Positions 1 to 9,524 of a DNA stretch of 32,000 nucleotides are shown here, one piece after another. The position numbers were made by a program, and so were the translations under genes. Source of the DNA: Kineococcus radiotolerans SRS30216 = ATCC BAA-149. Its GTDB lineage: Bacteria > Actinomycetota > Actinomycetes > Actinomycetales > Kineococcaceae. Under the pieces are notes generated by a model. It was not told the origin of the DNA. It saw nothing but the letters and a program-made list of their open reading frames with translations, and did not search any database. Position 1 is the first letter of the stretch, and each line of letters opens with the position of its first letter. The stretch is from the NCBI RefSeq assembly GCF_000017305.1, contig NC_009664.2:4560001-4592000 (forward strand), in the 5' to 3' direction.

Positions 1-2
1 CC

Positions 3-524
3 CCCACGCCCAACTCCACGCCCACGCCTGAAGGTGCCACCCCGACGGGCGCACCCACAGCCACCGCCCCGGCACCGACTTCCCCGGCCGTTGAGCTGCC
101 CGCAGCGTCTCCGCAGAAACCCATCGAGGAGTCGCCCATCCCGGCGCCTCCTGCGGTGCCCCCCGCAGCGCCCACGTCGGCGCCCACCTCCACCTCGGCT
201 CCCGCCGATGTGCGTCCCATCACGGTGGCACCCCTCGGCGCGTCCCCGGTGAAGGTGACGACGGGATCTGCCGCTCGGGCCGCTGGGGGCGCTCCGAGGT
301 CGGGTGGTGGTTCCATGTCGGACCCGTCGGATCTGCCGACGCGCCTGGCTCGCACCGGGGCCGAACTGGGACCTACCCTGGGCTTGGCTCTAGGGGCCAT
401 CGCCGCGGGTCTGCTCCTCAGCGCTCTGGCCCGGCGGCACCGCTCACCTCAGGATTCAACTCAGCGAGCACCTGAGCATGCGCCTGAGCGTTCAATACAA
501 CGAGCCTCGCGGGGCCGACAATGA
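3..524 (+). CDS. C-terminal part of a cell-wall-anchored surface protein (5' end outside window): Pro/Thr/Ala-rich stalk followed by an LAxTG-type sorting signal
   Basis: Frame is open from the window edge to TGA 522-524. Tail reads ...LARTG + hydrophobic GPTLGLALGAIAAGLLLSAL + ARRHR, a sortase signal of the LAxTG type typical of actinobacteria. About 30 residues follow the charged tail, which is atypical. Confidence 0.6.
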   Translation, partial: PTPNSTPTPEGATPTGAPTATAPAPTSPAVELPAASPQKPIEESPIPAPPAVPPAAPTSAPTSTSAPADVRPITVAPLGASPVKVTTGSAARAAGGAPRSGGGSMSDPSDLPTRLARTGAELGPTLGLALGAIAAGLLLSALARRHRSPQDSTQRAPEHAPERSIQRASRGRQ

Positions 525-2224
525 CCCGGCGCGCCGCCAGCTGGCGTGCGATCCGTCGGCGCACGGTCGGTCAGCCCCCGGTGAGCCAGCCCCCGGTCAG
601 CCAGCGTGCGGTGAGCCGACGGGCGGTCACCGCTGTGGTCGCGACGACCCTTGCCGCACTGCTCAGCGTCGCGCACCTGGGAACGCTCGGCGACATCGCC
701 GAGACCACCGATGCGTCCTGGGTGGACCGGGAGATGGTGCAGTCCTCCCTGTCGGTGGGTGGACCGCTCAGCTGCGCCACCCTCGGCCGTTACAGGAGCG
801 CCAGCCAAGCGCGGATGACCACTGGTCGCCTGCTGGGACGCGACCTGTCCACAGTCGTGGACGTGGCCGGGGTGTCGGTGACCAACCCGGGGACTGGAGC
901 CAGCGCGGTCCCAGCCACGACGACCCCCGTGGGTGCTGACGCATTCCGCAACAACCTCACCATCACCGCCTTGAACACCGCCCTCAGCACCGACCTGAGC
1001 GGAGTCCTCACCCTTCCGCTGGCCGGCACCAACCTCGGCGCCTACGCCCAGTACGCCCGGGCCGGCAGCGAGGGCAAAGCCGTCGCCGCCGCCGGGCTGA
1101 TCTCCGACACCGGTGCCCTCGCCCTCGGCAGCGCCGCTACCCCCGCCACCCCCGCCAGCACGCCCGCTGGGGATGCCGCCAGCATCGACCTGGCCAAGCT
1201 CGCCCCCGCCACCGTCGCGCTGGCTGGGGTCAACCTGGGTGTCGGCGCGGTCGGAGCCCGCGCCGCACTCCAGGGGTGCCAGCTGAGCAGTAACGTCCCC
1301 TCAGCCGAGCGCAGCTACGGCATCGCCTCGCTGAACCTCCGGGCCTCCGTTCCGGCGGTGAAGACCGTCGGCACCACCCTGACCACCCAGCTCGGTGCGG
1401 TCTCCACCACCGTCGACGGGCTGAAGACCACCCTGCAGTCGACGCTGAAGAACGTCGTAGGTCCTCTGCTAGGAGGTACTGCGGGAACGAGCACGGCGAA
1501 CATCACCCTCGACCTCGCGGCCTTGAACACCGAACTGCTGACTCCCCTCAGCGATGGGATGGTCACCGTGGACCTGCGCAACGGGCTGGTCACCGTCGAT
1601 GTGGCCGAGCTACTCAGCGGTTCCGGTGGCCTCAACGGGCAGGCGCCGAACACACAGTTGTTGCTGACCACACTCAACACCACCGTACCCAACCGGGTGA
1701 CGGCACTGCTGAACACCTGGAAGACGCAGGTCCAGCAGCGCCTGACGGCAGTCCTGAACGCCGCCGCGGTCGAGCTCCGCGTCACCGTGGCCCCGCTGGG
1801 ACTGGGGACGCCCAAGATCGTCGTCATCAACTCCACGCTCGGTGGGCTGGTGCAGGGCACCGGCACCACCAGCATCGACGGGGCAGCCCCCGCCGGCGGC
1901 TTGCTCTCCATCCTCACGTCGTCGCTGCTGCCAGCCCTGGGAGCGGTGGTCAACACCGCCCTGTTCGCCGCTCCTGCCGGCGCGGTTCCCGCCGTGGCGT
2001 CCGCGCTCACCCCGGTCATCGCCGCGGTGGCGCCGGCGCTGACTCCGGTGATGGCTGCGGTGACATCGGTGCTGACCCTCACGGTCAACGTGCAAGACAG
2101 CCCCGCCAGTGGCGTGCACCGTGTCAGCGCCTTGCGCATCGGGGTACTGGCCTCCACCGCCGCCGGTAGCGAGCTGCGCCTAGCCACCGCCGTCGCTGGA
2201 CCCGTTACCTCATTGACGCCCTAA
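521..2224 (+). CDS. Secreted or surface-associated Ala/Thr/Leu/Gly-rich protein with an N-terminal signal anchor; function unknown
   Basis: 567-aa ORF. Its ATG overlaps the upstream stop (ATGA at 521-524). N-terminus has an Arg-rich segment then the hydrophobic AVTAVVATTLAALLSVA. The antisense ORFs are Arg/Pro-rich shadows. Confidence 0.7.
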   Translation: MTRRAASWRAIRRRTVGQPPVSQPPVSQRAVSRRAVTAVVATTLAALLSVAHLGTLGDIAETTDASWVDREMVQSSLSVGGPLSCATLGRYRSASQARMTTGRLLGRDLSTVVDVAGVSVTNPGTGASAVPATTTPVGADAFRNNLTITALNTALSTDLSGVLTLPLAGTNLGAYAQYARAGSEGKAVAAAGLISDTGALALGSAATPATPASTPAGDAASIDLAKLAPATVALAGVNLGVGAVGARAALQGCQLSSNVPSAERSYGIASLNLRASVPAVKTVGTTLTTQLGAVSTTVDGLKTTLQSTLKNVVGPLLGGTAGTSTANITLDLAALNTELLTPLSDGMVTVDLRNGLVTVDVAELLSGSGGLNGQAPNTQLLLTTLNTTVPNRVTALLNTWKTQVQQRLTAVLNAAAVELRVTVAPLGLGTPKIVVINSTLGGLVQGTGTTSIDGAAPAGGLLSILTSSLLPALGAVVNTALFAAPAGAVPAVASALTPVIAAVAPALTPVMAAVTSVLTLTVNVQDSPASGVHRVSALRIGVLASTAAGSELRLATAVAGPVTSLTP

Positions 2225-2290
2225 GCGGGGCAGGTTCCGTAGACCGACACACAGGCACACCGCGGCGCACAGGAACAGCCAACGGACCCG

Positions 2291-2875
2291 GTGGGTACGG
2301 ATGGGTCGGGAACAAGCGGCCTCGCGATGAGACGCCAGAGTCACGCCCGGGCGAGGACGCGGCCATGCCGTTCCATTCGATGGCGGTTCGCGTGGCGACA
2401 ACGTCGGGCTGTGCTCCGCGGTCAGCGCAGGTTGGCCGGCCTCTACGACGAGCACCAGCCCGGCGCCCTGCTCGCCGTGGGCTGCGGAGACGGGACGGCG
2501 CTGCTGCCCACCCTGCAGACCAGGCGGCACCGTCCCGCCCGCCTCGACGTGGTCGAGCCCTCCGAGCCGCTGCTGCAGGCCGCCACCTCCGGGCTGCGCC
2601 ATTGTTAGGGCAGTGGGCGGGACATCGGGCGGGACATCGGGCGGGACATCGGGCGGGACATCGGGCGGGACATCGGGCGGGACATCGGGCGGGACATCGG
2701 GCGGGACATCGGGCGGGACATCGGGCGGGACATCGGGCGGGACATCGGGCGAAGCAGCACGGCGGATGAGTCACCGGCGATACACGCCTGGCCGGTGACG
2801 GTCCAGGACTTCCCCACCGAACAGAGCCCCGTCCCGCTGAGTTCCTCGACCGTGTCCGGCGCGGCGCGGAGTTAA
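2291..2875 (+). pseudogene. Class I SAM-dependent methyltransferase-like gene, disrupted by a premature TAG plus an in-frame 12-bp array and truncated at the C-terminus
   Basis: LLAVGCGDGTALL (motif I-like) and RLDVVEPSEPLLQAA precede TAG 2606-2608. The same frame continues through (GRDI)11 into AIHAWPVTVQDFPTEQSPV (post-I-like) and stops at TAA 2873-2875, far short of a full methyltransferase. Confidence 0.4.
2615..2751. repeat. Perfect tandem array (GGGCGGGACATC) x11 plus a 5-nt partial copy
   Basis: Read directly from the sequence: 11 identical 12-bp units at 2615-2746, then GGGCG. An 8-bp-stem hairpin TCACCGGC-N12-GCCGGTGA follows at 2771-2798. Confidence 0.98.
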
Positions 2876-3207
2876 CCCTGGCTCGTCGGGCGTCGGGGCG
2901 TTGTTCGCAGATTCTCCGCGCACATCGCGAGATGACCCGGATGGTCGGTACCTGAGCTCCGGCGTCCTCCGCGGTGCGCGAGCCTCGGGAAGCATTCGCT
3001 GGTCACATGGGCAGGAGGACGAGCACCTGTCACGGTGGCCTCACCGAGGAATCGACGGTCTATTAGCCATCCGGGTGGAGCGTGGCGGAGCTGGCTGGTC
3101 AACGATCTCCCGCGGTACTCGATCTGCGACTGCGGCACGGGTAGCGGGCTGGACGAGCGCTCCCTCGGGGCACAGTGGGGCACAGCTGGGGCAGACCTGG
3201 CTTGTGC

Positions 3208-3549
3208 TCAGGAGGCTGCGCAGGCGCTTGCTGGGGCTGAGCGGACGAGGGTGAAGGCTTCGGCCATCACGGCCGTATCAGCTGCCCCGGCACGCGTGGT
3301 GTTCACGCACTCACCGGTGCGCAGTGAGCCCAGGGACAGGTGCGCCACGTGCTCAGGGTCGAAGCACAGCTGCTGCCCTCCGGTGAGCTGCAGGCACACG
3401 GCTGGACCGGTCGAGACCACCACAGCGGCTTCGGAGGTGTGGGCGGGTGTGCGCAGCACGATGACGGCAGCGAACGTGAGCAGGACGGAGACGACGCCTA
3501 GCGCGAGCGTCGGCCGGCGTGCACCGGTGTTGCTCTCGGCGATCCTCAC
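3208..3549 (-). CDS. Small exported or membrane-anchored Cys-containing protein, function unknown
   Basis: 113-aa ORF. Its GTG start overlaps the stop of the upstream GGDEF-EAL gene (GTGA at 3546-3549). N-terminal TM/signal segment LALGVVSVLLTFAAVIVL; 4 Cys in the mature part. Confidence 0.55.
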   Translation of the reverse strand: MRIAESNTGARRPTLALGVVSVLLTFAAVIVLRTPAHTSEAAVVVSTGPAVCLQLTGGQQLCFDPEHVAHLSLGSLRTGECVNTTRAGAADTAVMAEAFTLVRSAPASACAAS

Positions 3550-5642
3550 AGAACCCGCGATGAGGACACCGCGGCGGCGGTGGCGCTGCCCGCGTCGGGG
3601 ACCTGGCCGGTCGCCTGGCTGGGGACCGAGCCCGTGACCCGGTCCGCGGCTCGGCCGACGACGTGGTCGGTGGCTCGGCCGACGACGTGGTCGGTGGCTC
3701 GGCCGACGACGTGGTCGGTGACGTAGCCGGTGGCGTGGTCGGGGACGTGGCTCGCGACTTCGCGCGCCGGCTGGGGACGGGCGTAGAGGTAGCCCTGGGC
3801 GTAGGTGCAGGACAGCTCCCGCAGCACCTGCGCCTGCTGCTCGGTCTCCACACCCTCAGCGACCACGTCGAGGCCGAGGCTGCGGGCGAGTTCGATGATG
3901 GAGGCCACCAGCGTCGTCGCGGACCCGCCGTGGGCGAGGTCGGTGATGAAGGACTGGTCGATCTTGACGGTGTCCACCGGCAGCCGCCGCAGGTAGGACA
4001 GGCTGGAGTAGCCGGTGCCGAAGTCGTCGATGGCCACCAGCACCCCGGTCGCGCGCAGCTGCGCGAGGCGGGCTGAGACGGCTTCGAGGTCGTCGACCAG
4101 GACGCTTTCGGTGACTTCCAGGGTCAGCTGGTGCGGGCGCAGGCCGCTTTCGCGCAGCGCCTCGCGCACGGTGTGCAGGATGTCGTCGGAGGCCAGCTGC
4201 ACGGCGGAGAGGTTGACCGCCACGCTCACCGGGTACCCGCGCTCCGCGCTCCACGTCGCGGCTTGTGCGGTGGCGGTGCGAAGCACCCACGCCCCGATGG
4301 CCAGGATGTCGCCGCTGGCTTCGGCGAGGGGGATGAACTCCAGCGGGGGCACGGTGCCGCGTTCGGGGTGGTGCCAGCGCAGCAGCGCCTCGTACCCCTT
4401 CGGCTGGGCCAGTCCGTTGTCTTTCCGGAAGTCGACCGTGGCCTGGTAGTGCACTTCCAGCTGCCCGGCGTCGAGGGCGTGGGTGAGGTCCTCGCGCAGG
4501 GACGCCTTGTCGTGGGCGGCCTGCGACATACCGGGGGAGTAGGCCACGAGGCGGTTCTTGCCGGCGGCTTTGGCCCAGTACATCGCCAGGTCGGCGTTGC
4601 GCAGCAGCTCGGTGGCGGTGTCCAGCTCGCTGAGCGTTCCGCACAGGGTGGCGGTGTCGGCGGTGCCGAGGCTGGCGTGGACGTGGATGGGCTGCCCGTC
4701 CACGTCCACCGGCTGGGCGAGGCTGGCGAGGAACCGCTCTCCGACCCGGCGGGCGGGGGCGGCGCCGCCGTGGATGACGACGGCGAACTCGTCCCCGCCC
4801 AGGCGCGCCACCAGGTCGCTACCGCGCACGCAGGCGCGCAGGCGTTCGGCCACCGCCAGCAGCAACTGGTCCCCGGCGGCGTGACCGCGGGAGTCGTTGA
4901 CGTTCTTGAAGTCGTCGAGGTCGACGAAGAGGACCCCGACCTGGTCCCGGCGAGACAGCACCCGGGTGAGGAACTCGCTGAGCTGGGTGCGGTTGGCCAG
5001 CCCGGTGAGGGCATCGCGCAGGCCCTGCTGCTCGTTCAGGCGCCAGGAGGTGAGGTGGGTGGCGCTGGCGGCGAGGACGAAGCCGGCGTGGATCATCATC
5101 CACCGCCAGGGGTGGGTCATGGCGGCGTGGTGGTCGTAGACGTCGCCGGGGAACAGCGTGCCGAGCAGGCCGTGGTGGACGACGACGATGAGCAGGCCCA
5201 CGCTGAAGGGGACCCAGTCCTGGTAGAGGGCGACGAGACCGACCATGACGAAGAAGTGGAAGTGCGCTTCGGTCTGCCCGCTCCAGAACTGCACGAGCAC
5301 GGTGGAGGCGAGGAAGAGACTGACCGAGGCCGCACCGGAACGCAGCTTGCGGGAGGAGGACGGCGGCAAGGCCAGCAGCAGGGGAGCGGCGACGAGCAGC
5401 CCACCGGCGAGGCTGGCCGCGACGCCTTGTGCGCTGAAGGCACCGAAGAGCACCAGGACCAAGGCCTGCAGTCCCGCGACGCGCACGATGGCGCGGTGGC
5501 GGCGCTGCCACACCTCATCGGGCAGCATCCGTCCGCGCGGCAGCACCGAGAAGGCGAGCCCAGCGTGTCGACGCGCGGCTTCCCTGAGGGATCTCACGGT
5601 GACTCCTTCGACCGTCCGCGAGCCCAGGAGCACCAAACGCAC
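3546..5642 (-). CDS. Membrane-bound bifunctional c-di-GMP enzyme: about 6 TM His-rich N-terminal domain + GGDEF + EAL
   Basis: RLGGDEFAVV with an RGSD I-site 5 residues upstream; YEALLRW, DDFGTGYSSL, KIDQSF and EGVET are all present. The start could instead be the internal ATG at 5528 (MLPDEVW). Confidence 0.9.
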   Translation of the reverse strand: MRLVLLGSRTVEGVTVRSLREAARRHAGLAFSVLPRGRMLPDEVWQRRHRAIVRVAGLQALVLVLFGAFSAQGVAASLAGGLLVAAPLLLALPPSSSRKLRSGAASVSLFLASTVLVQFWSGQTEAHFHFFVMVGLVALYQDWVPFSVGLLIVVVHHGLLGTLFPGDVYDHHAAMTHPWRWMMIHAGFVLAASATHLTSWRLNEQQGLRDALTGLANRTQLSEFLTRVLSRRDQVGVLFVDLDDFKNVNDSRGHAAGDQLLLAVAERLRACVRGSDLVARLGGDEFAVVIHGGAAPARRVGERFLASLAQPVDVDGQPIHVHASLGTADTATLCGTLSELDTATELLRNADLAMYWAKAAGKNRLVAYSPGMSQAAHDKASLREDLTHALDAGQLEVHYQATVDFRKDNGLAQPKGYEALLRWHHPERGTVPPLEFIPLAEASGDILAIGAWVLRTATAQAATWSAERGYPVSVAVNLSAVQLASDDILHTVREALRESGLRPHQLTLEVTESVLVDDLEAVSARLAQLRATGVLVAIDDFGTGYSSLSYLRRLPVDTVKIDQSFITDLAHGGSATTLVASIIELARSLGLDVVAEGVETEQQAQVLRELSCTYAQGYLYARPQPAREVASHVPDHATGYVTDHVVGRATDHVVGRATDHVVGRAADRVTGSVPSQATGQVPDAGSATAAAVSSSRVL
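3648..3719. repeat. Perfect tandem repeat, 24 bp x3 (GGCTCGGCCGACGACGTGGTCGGT), inside the C-terminal tail of the GGDEF-EAL gene
   Basis: Three identical units at 3648-3671, 3672-3695 and 3696-3719. They are in frame and encode the octapeptide repeat TDHVVGRA. Degenerate copies flank the array. Confidence 0.95.
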
Positions 5643-5804
5643 TCGGATGGACCAGGGGTGGCGGCTGCGTCCTCCCGCACTGGATCACCGCGAGAGGAAC
5701 TCGATGGGAGATCCGGCCGCCCGGACGGCCAGGTCGAGGCGACTCGGCGTGGCCGTCCAGGGGGCGCGGGTGGAGTGGGCTGGCGACGGGTGGTGCGGGT
5801 GGTC

Positions 5805-6173
5805 TCAGATGGCGAGGTCGCGCTCGAGGATCGTCAGCTGGCGGCGCGCCATGGCGAGGTTCGAGGAGTCCTTCTTGAGGACCAGGTACAGGAAGAGGCC
5901 CTGGCCGGACTGGGACTGGATGAGGCGGATCAGGTGGATCTGGGTGCCGAGGGTGATGAGGATGTCCTCGATCTGCTCGGACAGGCCCAGGCGCTGCATG
6001 GTGCGCAGCTTGGCGCGCACGACGTCGGTGTTGCCGGCGGCGGCGACGTCGAGGTCGAGGGCGCCGCCCCCGACCTGGCCGAGCGACATGCCCGACTCGT
6101 AGTCGACGAGGGCCGCGGCGGTGGCGCCGTCGATCTCGAGGCAGGCCTTCAGGGTCGCGTCGACGTTGGTCAC
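5805..6173 (-). CDS. Roadblock/LC7 (MglB-like) domain protein
   Basis: DATLKACLEIDGATAAALVDYESGMSLG ... EDILITLGTQIHLIRL ... LFLYLVLKKD pattern. GTG start at 6173 is preceded by GGAGGA with a 6-nt spacer. The longer ORF to 6191 lacks an RBS. Confidence 0.6.
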   Translation of the reverse strand: MTNVDATLKACLEIDGATAAALVDYESGMSLGQVGGGALDLDVAAAGNTDVVRAKLRTMQRLGLSEQIEDILITLGTQIHLIRLIQSQSGQGLFLYLVLKKDSSNLAMARRQLTILERDLAI

Positions 6174-6523
6174 GTCTGGTCCTCCACACAAAGAGCGGCA
6201 CGCCGTACCGACGGCACGGTGTAGTGCTCGTCGGAGAAGCGGCGGCAGACCTTGATCGAAACCGACACATCTGCTCCGTGAGGCCCGTCACAACAACTCG
6301 GGACGCCGTGATCGGCGCCGACGCGGCGGAGGCGACCGCTCCGCGAGCGCGATCACCCGGTGCAGGCCGAGGACGACCAGGAGTGGTTGACGGTGGCAGT
6401 CGTGCCGGCGACCCACGCGAAGCGCGTGAGGCCAGCTGCCGTCCTCGACTCGTGTCTCACCGATGCGCCTGCCTCGTGAGGTGAGTCGCTGCGCCTGCCT
6501 CGGGGAGGAGGAAACGAACCCGT

Positions 6524-7627
6524 TCAACCTCCCCGCCGGGCTTTGACGGCGTACATGTCGCCGTCCGCGCGGTGCAGGAGCGTCTCGGCGCTGCCGTGAT
6601 CCCCATCGGCAGCGCCGTGAGTGTCGGTTCCAGCGGCGGGGGTGGTAGCGATGCCGATGGCCACACCGAGCGCGAGGTCGGTGAAGGCGCTGGCCCAGGT
6701 GCCGCCGGTGAGGCGCTCGACCACGACCGCGGCTTGGGCGGCGGTGGTGTTCTCGCACAGCACGGCGAACTCGTCCCCGCCGAGGCGGGCGGCGGTGTCC
6801 TCCGGGCGTACGCAGTCGCGCAGGTGATCGCCGAAGGACTGCAGGAGCCGGTCCCCGGCGGCGTGGCCGTGGCGGTCGTTGACGGCCTTGAAGTTGTCCA
6901 GGTCCAGGTAGAGCACGCTCACCGGCTGGTCGTGACGCTCTCCCCGGGGCAGAGCTCGGTCGAGCTCCTCGAGGAAACGGGCGCGGTTCCACAGGCCGGT
7001 GAGGGAGTCGTGGCTGGCCTCGTACTGCAGGCGCCGGCGCAGGTCTTCCCGGTCGGTGATGTCCTCGAGGTGCATGATCAGGTGCTCTCGTCCGGGCGCG
7101 GTGTCGCGCACAGCGGAGGTGGTGACCCGCACGTCGCGGCGGGGACCGGTGGCGGTGGCGAAGCGGGTCTCGTGCACGACGGTGTCGACGTCACCTCGGC
7201 GCAAGGCGGCGTAGGCAGCCTTCGCCGCTGCCACCAGATCATCGGGGAGCAGGCGGAAGAGGTCACGCCCGAGCAGGTCCTGCGGGGGGTAGCCGAGCAG
7301 GGCGGTCATGGCGGGGTTGACGCGCAGCACGGTGCCGTCAGGGTGGCAGACGGCCACGGCGAGGGGGGCGTGCAGGAAGGCACTGACCGCGTCCTCAGCC
7401 AGGCCAGCGGACTCCGATGCGGACCCTGGCGCTGACCCCGGCGCGGACTGCGACTCCGGCCTGCTCCTTCGGCGGGGCGCACGTTTCGAATCATGGTCAG
7501 CTCCAGCGCGGGGGCCGGCCCTGCGGCCGGTTCCACGGCCCGGTCCGTCGAGGACAGCGTCGTCATCCACCACGTCACCGTGAAGGGTGGGTGGGTGAGT
7601 CCGCAACCGGTTCGCTCGGATGTACAC
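6524..7627 (-). CDS. PAS-GGDEF diguanylate cyclase
   Basis: PAS-like HPDGTVLRVNPAMTALLGYPPQDLLGRDLFRLL. GGDEF region SHDSLTGLWNRARF, LDLDNFKAVNDRHGHAAGD and RLGGDEFAVL, with an RPED I-site. The start codon is uncertain because the N-terminus is low-complexity. Confidence 0.85.
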   Translation of the reverse strand: MYIRANRLRTHPPTLHGDVVDDDAVLDGPGRGTGRRAGPRAGADHDSKRAPRRRSRPESQSAPGSAPGSASESAGLAEDAVSAFLHAPLAVAVCHPDGTVLRVNPAMTALLGYPPQDLLGRDLFRLLPDDLVAAAKAAYAALRRGDVDTVVHETRFATATGPRRDVRVTTSAVRDTAPGREHLIMHLEDITDREDLRRRLQYEASHDSLTGLWNRARFLEELDRALPRGERHDQPVSVLYLDLDNFKAVNDRHGHAAGDRLLQSFGDHLRDCVRPEDTAARLGGDEFAVLCENTTAAQAAVVVERLTGGTWASAFTDLALGVAIGIATTPAAGTDTHGAADGDHGSAETLLHRADGDMYAVKARRGG

Positions 7628-7713
7628 CGCCCTGACGGATCCATGTCCCCTTCCGCCACCTGTAGTGCCCTAACGGCAGCAGAGCGCAACCACTGGCCTG
7701 CGCCGGTTGGACG

Positions 7714-9165
7714 GTGGAATGGATCCGAGGGCGCCTCGACCTCTGGTGGGCTCCTCCTGAGCCCGGGGTGGGCTGCTCGTCGCGAACGACGGGCGAGTGG
7801 ACGTGGACGAGTGCTGGGGGATCAACTGGCTTCATGACAGGACCCACCTCGCCTGGCTTCGGCGCCGGCCGATGGGAGGGGATGGACGCCGCCCCCGCCG
7901 CCCCCGTCGTCCCTGCGGTCGATGCGCTGCCTCCCGCTCCGGCGGCCGCCCTTGGCGCGGCACCTGTGCTCCCTGCTTCATCGGAGTCGCCACCGGGATC
8001 GCTGCAGCCGCTGGCCAAGCCGTGGCTCGAGCCGTCGGATCCGAGGTGGCGCTCGGCGTTGGAGGCGGTGCTGCGTGATCCCTCCCGCTTGAGCCTGCAC
8101 AGCCAGCCGATCGTGGAGCTGAGCACCGGCGCGGTGGCCGGCTACGAGGTCCTCTCCCGCTTCGACGCCCGGGCCTCGGGGATCACCGCGACCCCGGACC
8201 GGTGGTTCGCCGCGGCGGAGCACTGGGGGGTGAACGCCCAGCTGCAGGTTCGGGTGGTGTCCACGGCGGTGGCGATGCGTCAGGTCCTCCCGCCGGACAC
8301 GTTCCTCACCGTCAACGTCGAGCCGCACCTGCTGCTGGACGAGCGTGTCGCCGCGGCGCTGCTGGAGCACGGGGACCTGTCCCGGCTGGTGCTGGAGCTG
8401 ACCGAGCACACCCGCGCCGGTGATCAGCCCGGGGGCCAGGCGAGGCTGCTGGACGTGCTGGAGCAGGTCCGCGCGCGGGGGGCGATGATCGCGATGGACG
8501 ACGCGGGCACCGGCTACGCGGGGCTGAGTCAGCTGCTGGCGCTGCGCCCGCACGTCGTCAAGCTGGACCGGGAACTGATCAGCGGTATCGACGCCGACCC
8601 GGTCAAGCACGCCCTGGTGGAGGTGCTGGGGGACTTGGTGGGGCGGATGGACGGCTGGGTCCTGGCTGAGGGCATCGAGACGGCGGGTGAGTTGGAGGCG
8701 CTGGTGGGGTTGGGGGTGGCGCTGGGGCAGGGCTACGTCCTGGCCCGCCCGGCTGCGGTGATGCTGCCGGAGCTGGGTGAGGAGCTGGTGCGCGACATCC
8801 AGACATGGGCGGGACGCGCGGAGCTGGACGAGTACGTGCTGAGCCTGGTGCGCAGCGCGCGGGTGGGGACGGACCCTGCGTCGTGCGAGGTGCTGCTGGG
8901 GGCGGACGGGCGGGTGCGGGCGGTGCGCAACGCCGGCGCCGGTGGTGGCCGTAGCGACAGTGGTGGGGATGTCGTGGACCCCTCGTCGTGGTCACCGCCG
9001 CTCCTGGTGGCGCCCTCGGCGTCGCTGGCGGAGGTGGCCCGTCGGGCCGCGACCCGTCGCCCTGAGGACGTGGGCGCGCCGCTGGTGTGCACCGACGGGC
9101 AGGGCGTGGTGGTGGGGGTCGTCGCCGTGGCGGACCTGCTGGTGGCCTTGTCCCGCGCTCGGTAG
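7714..9165 (+). CDS. EAL-domain c-di-GMP phosphodiesterase with a C-terminal CBS-like region
   Basis: QPIVELSTGAVAGYEVLSRF (EVL variant), ELTEH, DDAGTGYAGL, KLDRELI, EGIET, QGYVLARP. The Pro/Ala-rich N-terminus leaves the start uncertain (alternatives ATG 7834 or 7882). Confidence 0.8.
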   Translation: MEWIRGRLDLWWAPPEPGVGCSSRTTGEWTWTSAGGSTGFMTGPTSPGFGAGRWEGMDAAPAAPVVPAVDALPPAPAAALGAAPVLPASSESPPGSLQPLAKPWLEPSDPRWRSALEAVLRDPSRLSLHSQPIVELSTGAVAGYEVLSRFDARASGITATPDRWFAAAEHWGVNAQLQVRVVSTAVAMRQVLPPDTFLTVNVEPHLLLDERVAAALLEHGDLSRLVLELTEHTRAGDQPGGQARLLDVLEQVRARGAMIAMDDAGTGYAGLSQLLALRPHVVKLDRELISGIDADPVKHALVEVLGDLVGRMDGWVLAEGIETAGELEALVGLGVALGQGYVLARPAAVMLPELGEELVRDIQTWAGRAELDEYVLSLVRSARVGTDPASCEVLLGADGRVRAVRNAGAGGGRSDSGGDVVDPSSWSPPLLVAPSASLAEVARRAATRRPEDVGAPLVCTDGQGVVVGVVAVADLLVALSRAR

Positions 9166-9350
9166 CCCCCTGTCCCCGATACGGCGGCAGGTGCGGGCTC
9201 AGCTGTGGACGCTGATCAGCGCAGGTGGGTGAGGCGGGCGGTCTCGGCTCAAGCAGCAGCGCCGGGACCCGATACCTGAGAACATCGTTCTCCTCGTCGC
9301 AGCCTCGGTTGAAGCGCGGTCTGGTCGCCCTATCCCATCTCGGAGTGTTG

Positions 9351-9524
9351 ATGATGAAGAAGTTCCGTTGCGGTGACGTCGTGCCCGGCTGCACCCGCGC
9401 CTTCACCGGCTCCGTCGACGAGATCCTGCTGGCGGTGGCTGGTCACGCCCGCGCCGACCACGGCCTGGTGGAGGTGCCGGAGGAGCTGGTGGTGCAGGTG
9501 CGCTCGGCCATGGTCGACGCCTGA
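9351..9524 (+). CDS. DUF1059 family small protein
   Basis: MMKKFRCGDVVPGCTRAFTGSVDEILLAVAGHARADHGLVEVPEELVVQVRSAMVDA matches the DUF1059 pattern. GGAG lies 6 nt upstream of the ATG. Confidence 0.85.
   Translation: MMKKFRCGDVVPGCTRAFTGSVDEILLAVAGHARADHGLVEVPEELVVQVRSAMVDA

Noticed and set aside
2615-2751. The tandem arrays at 2615, 14411 and 27574 considered as CRISPR arrays.
   Set aside because: The units are contiguous with no spacers, are 8-12 bp long, and no cas genes are present.
2205-2817. ORFs reading through the 12-bp array as (CPAR)n, (AGHR)n, (GGTS)n or (MSRP)n.
   Set aside because: They are open only because a perfect repeat has no stop codons. There is no RBS or flanking protein-like sequence. 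Only the (GRDI)n frame is colinear with methyltransferase-like flanks, and that gene is interrupted.
4131-6224. Very long antisense or alternative-frame ORFs. Examples: 4131-6224 (+), 6288-6992 (-), 8603-9406 (-), 10852-11949 (-), 15797-16681 (-), 19862-21088 (-), 21092-22963 (+).
   Set aside because: Their translations are Arg/Pro/Gly/Ala-rich filler, typical of shadow frames in about 70% GC DNA. Each overlaps a gene with clear domain motifs on the other strand or frame.
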